Assembly: GCA_965113315.1 (NCBI GenBank)
Contig: OZ220365.1
DNA: 64,000 nt
Reading direction: 5' to 3' (one strand)
Source: Podarcis vaucheri
Lineage: Eukaryota
Part shown: positions 62,530-64,000 of the stretch, piece after piece
Numbering within the stretch: the stretch's first letter is position 1
Layout: every line of letters begins with the position of its first letter
Position numbers and translations under genes: made by a program
Notes under the pieces: generated by a model
Database searches by the model: none
Seen by the model: only the letters and a program-made list of their open reading frames with translations
What the model was told of the DNA's origin: nothing

Positions 62530-63120
62530 CAAGACAAGACACTGTGGAGCCCACGGGTTCAATGTCAAATTACTCTTGCAGCCCACTTGGTATGGAAATA
62601 CTAGTGGGCACAAAAGGAAGCAGGTTGGTACCAAAGAAAATAGAGACGGCAGGGACTCTGACCAGAATATAGACATTTGGGTAGGTGATGCCACTGTGAA
62701 TGGATATATAAGAAAAGGAGGGATAGGTTCAATATGTCTGAGACCAAACATGAGTTTAATGAAGAACTCAAGGAGAAATGCATATGCACAAATGGGGATA
62801 CAGGATTGGATAAAGATGGAAGCTCTAAGGTAGAGAGCTGGGAAGCATCATATAGGAAATACTGAAATCCATGTGATTTGAGGTGACCACCGAAACCAAG
62901 AATGCAGGGAAACAGAAGAGCAGGGGACTCCAAACATCCCTGAGGGTCTATAAGGGAGAAAGTTAAGAGAGAGCAAATCCCTGAAAGAGTAGGAAAAGAA
63001 ACAGTTGAGAGCAGGTACAGGTTTAGGTTGTGAAGGGAATAAAGTAGAAAAGAGGATAGTCAATTGTATCAAAAGGCAACAAAGAAGTCAAGAAGGATGT
63101 GAACAGGCTTGAGAGCCTTG
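62530..63120 (-). mobile_element. Old L2 RT fragment
   Basis: Minus strand SHGFQYFLYDASQL resembles SHGFQYHLYADDTQL, and there is a degenerate ILLDL..AFDT.D motif. Confidence 0.7.
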
Positions 63121-64000
63121 AATTCAGCAGAGTTGGGTTGGGAATTAAATTCTGTTCTATTTTAGATCAACTATATGATCAGCCTCAGTGGTTTTAGAAA
63201 TATCTCTACCAGAATTCAGTTATGTTTCTCATTTTTATTCTTTGCTGATTGTGCATATATATTGCCATCTTAAAGGATACTTGTTCTAGGTATTCATCAA
63301 AGTACCTATTGTGCTCTGCATCTTGATACAGAGGGATAATTTATGTTCAGATTCTTGGCATTTTTTGTTCTACCTCCAGCTTCTGGCATTTTTTCAGCTG
63401 ACTTGATTTGCTTGTGAAGAAAAATTTCCAAAACAGGAAGCACACACAGTAGTTCCAAGGATATTCACTACAGGCCAATAGAGATACACTCTAGCCTGTA
63501 GAACTGAGCAGTAAATATTCTTCAGCCAAAATACTATTTATATATTGCCTAACATTGACAAGGCATTTTATTTACCTAAAGCAGACATCTTATGACCAAG
63601 GATTTCTCATGATCCCTTTGATCATTTTCCCTCCTGACTTCTAGCTGCCACATCTCCACTGTCATTATCCCTCCTCTCCACTATAGCAAACCCAACCTTC
63701 TCCTTTAGCTCCAACAGAGTCGCTATGTCCCCCAGCCTCCAAAAATGATTTCTTGCCCCATCTGCACCTATAAATACCATCAGATATCTATGGAGCAACT
63801 TGCCTTTAGTCTCCCAAAACAATGGTGGTGCTGATGCTGGGTTCCCCTGCCCACAGTGGGTCACTCTGACAGGTGAGTGGGCTGTTCAAATCATTTCATG
63901 TCATTATGATGTCAGATGACACACAACTTGAATTCAAATAGGTGCTACAAAGGAAAATTCAAGCCCATCAAGTAAGCCTTGAAGTCAGCACCACTCAGCT

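Larger units (their letters stand above)
1..64000 (-). other. UTRN: Utrophin gene body, partial (internal rod-domain exons and introns; both ends lie outside the window)
   Basis: 29 exons splice in frame to 1519 aa. Peptides such as [39 protein letters not shown] and [21 protein letters not shown] match utrophin as recalled rather than dystrophin. Confidence 0.97.

Noticed and set aside
63340-63430. Minus-strand WK...SSQLKKCQKLE resembles the end of DMD exon 23 (KLSSQLVEHCQKLE) at about the right position
   Set aside because: The upstream frame (YPWNYCVCFLF) is not spectrin-like, there is no ~213-nt exon with proper splice sites, and utrophin's sequence differs here. Probably chance; the true exon likely lies beyond the window.
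63622-63864. Possible degraded L1-type ORF2 end (similar hints near 420-830 and 9740-10140)
   Set aside because: The resemblance is too weak to support without a repeat-library search.
1-64000. Assignment to dystrophin (DMD) or DRP2
   Set aside because: Exon sizes parallel DMD, but the peptides match utrophin far better, ex41/49/50 equivalents are absent, and DRP2 lacks most of this rod region.

Overview
This is AT-rich vertebrate genomic DNA from a squamate reptile (Sauria-SINE-rich, probably a lacertid lizard). The whole window lies inside the utrophin gene (UTRN), transcribed on the minus strand. I reconstructed 29 internal coding exons by hand from splice sites and reading phase (61264 down to 6142; 4557 nt, 1519 codons, one continuous frame). 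They encode the central spectrin-repeat rod and correspond to dystrophin (DMD) exons 24-40, 42-48 and 51-55. Exons are named by DMD-equivalent number; DMD and human UTRN sizes and peptides are recalled from memory, not searched. Most ORFs in the supplied track are noise or transposon fragments. The introns carry Sauria SINEs, CR1 and L2 LINE fragments, hAT and Tc1/mariner-type MITEs, microsatellites and one 134-N gap. Three observations stand out. (1) An intact 153-nt exon at 36655-36807 is homologous to DMD exon 40 (spectrin repeat 15), which human utrophin lacks, and I found no exon-41 partner. (2) Two young, near-identical Sauria SINEs in inverted orientation bracket six phase-0 exons totalling 927 nt, an architecture that favours back-splicing or skipping. 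(3) The exon-46 equivalent uses a GC splice donor.
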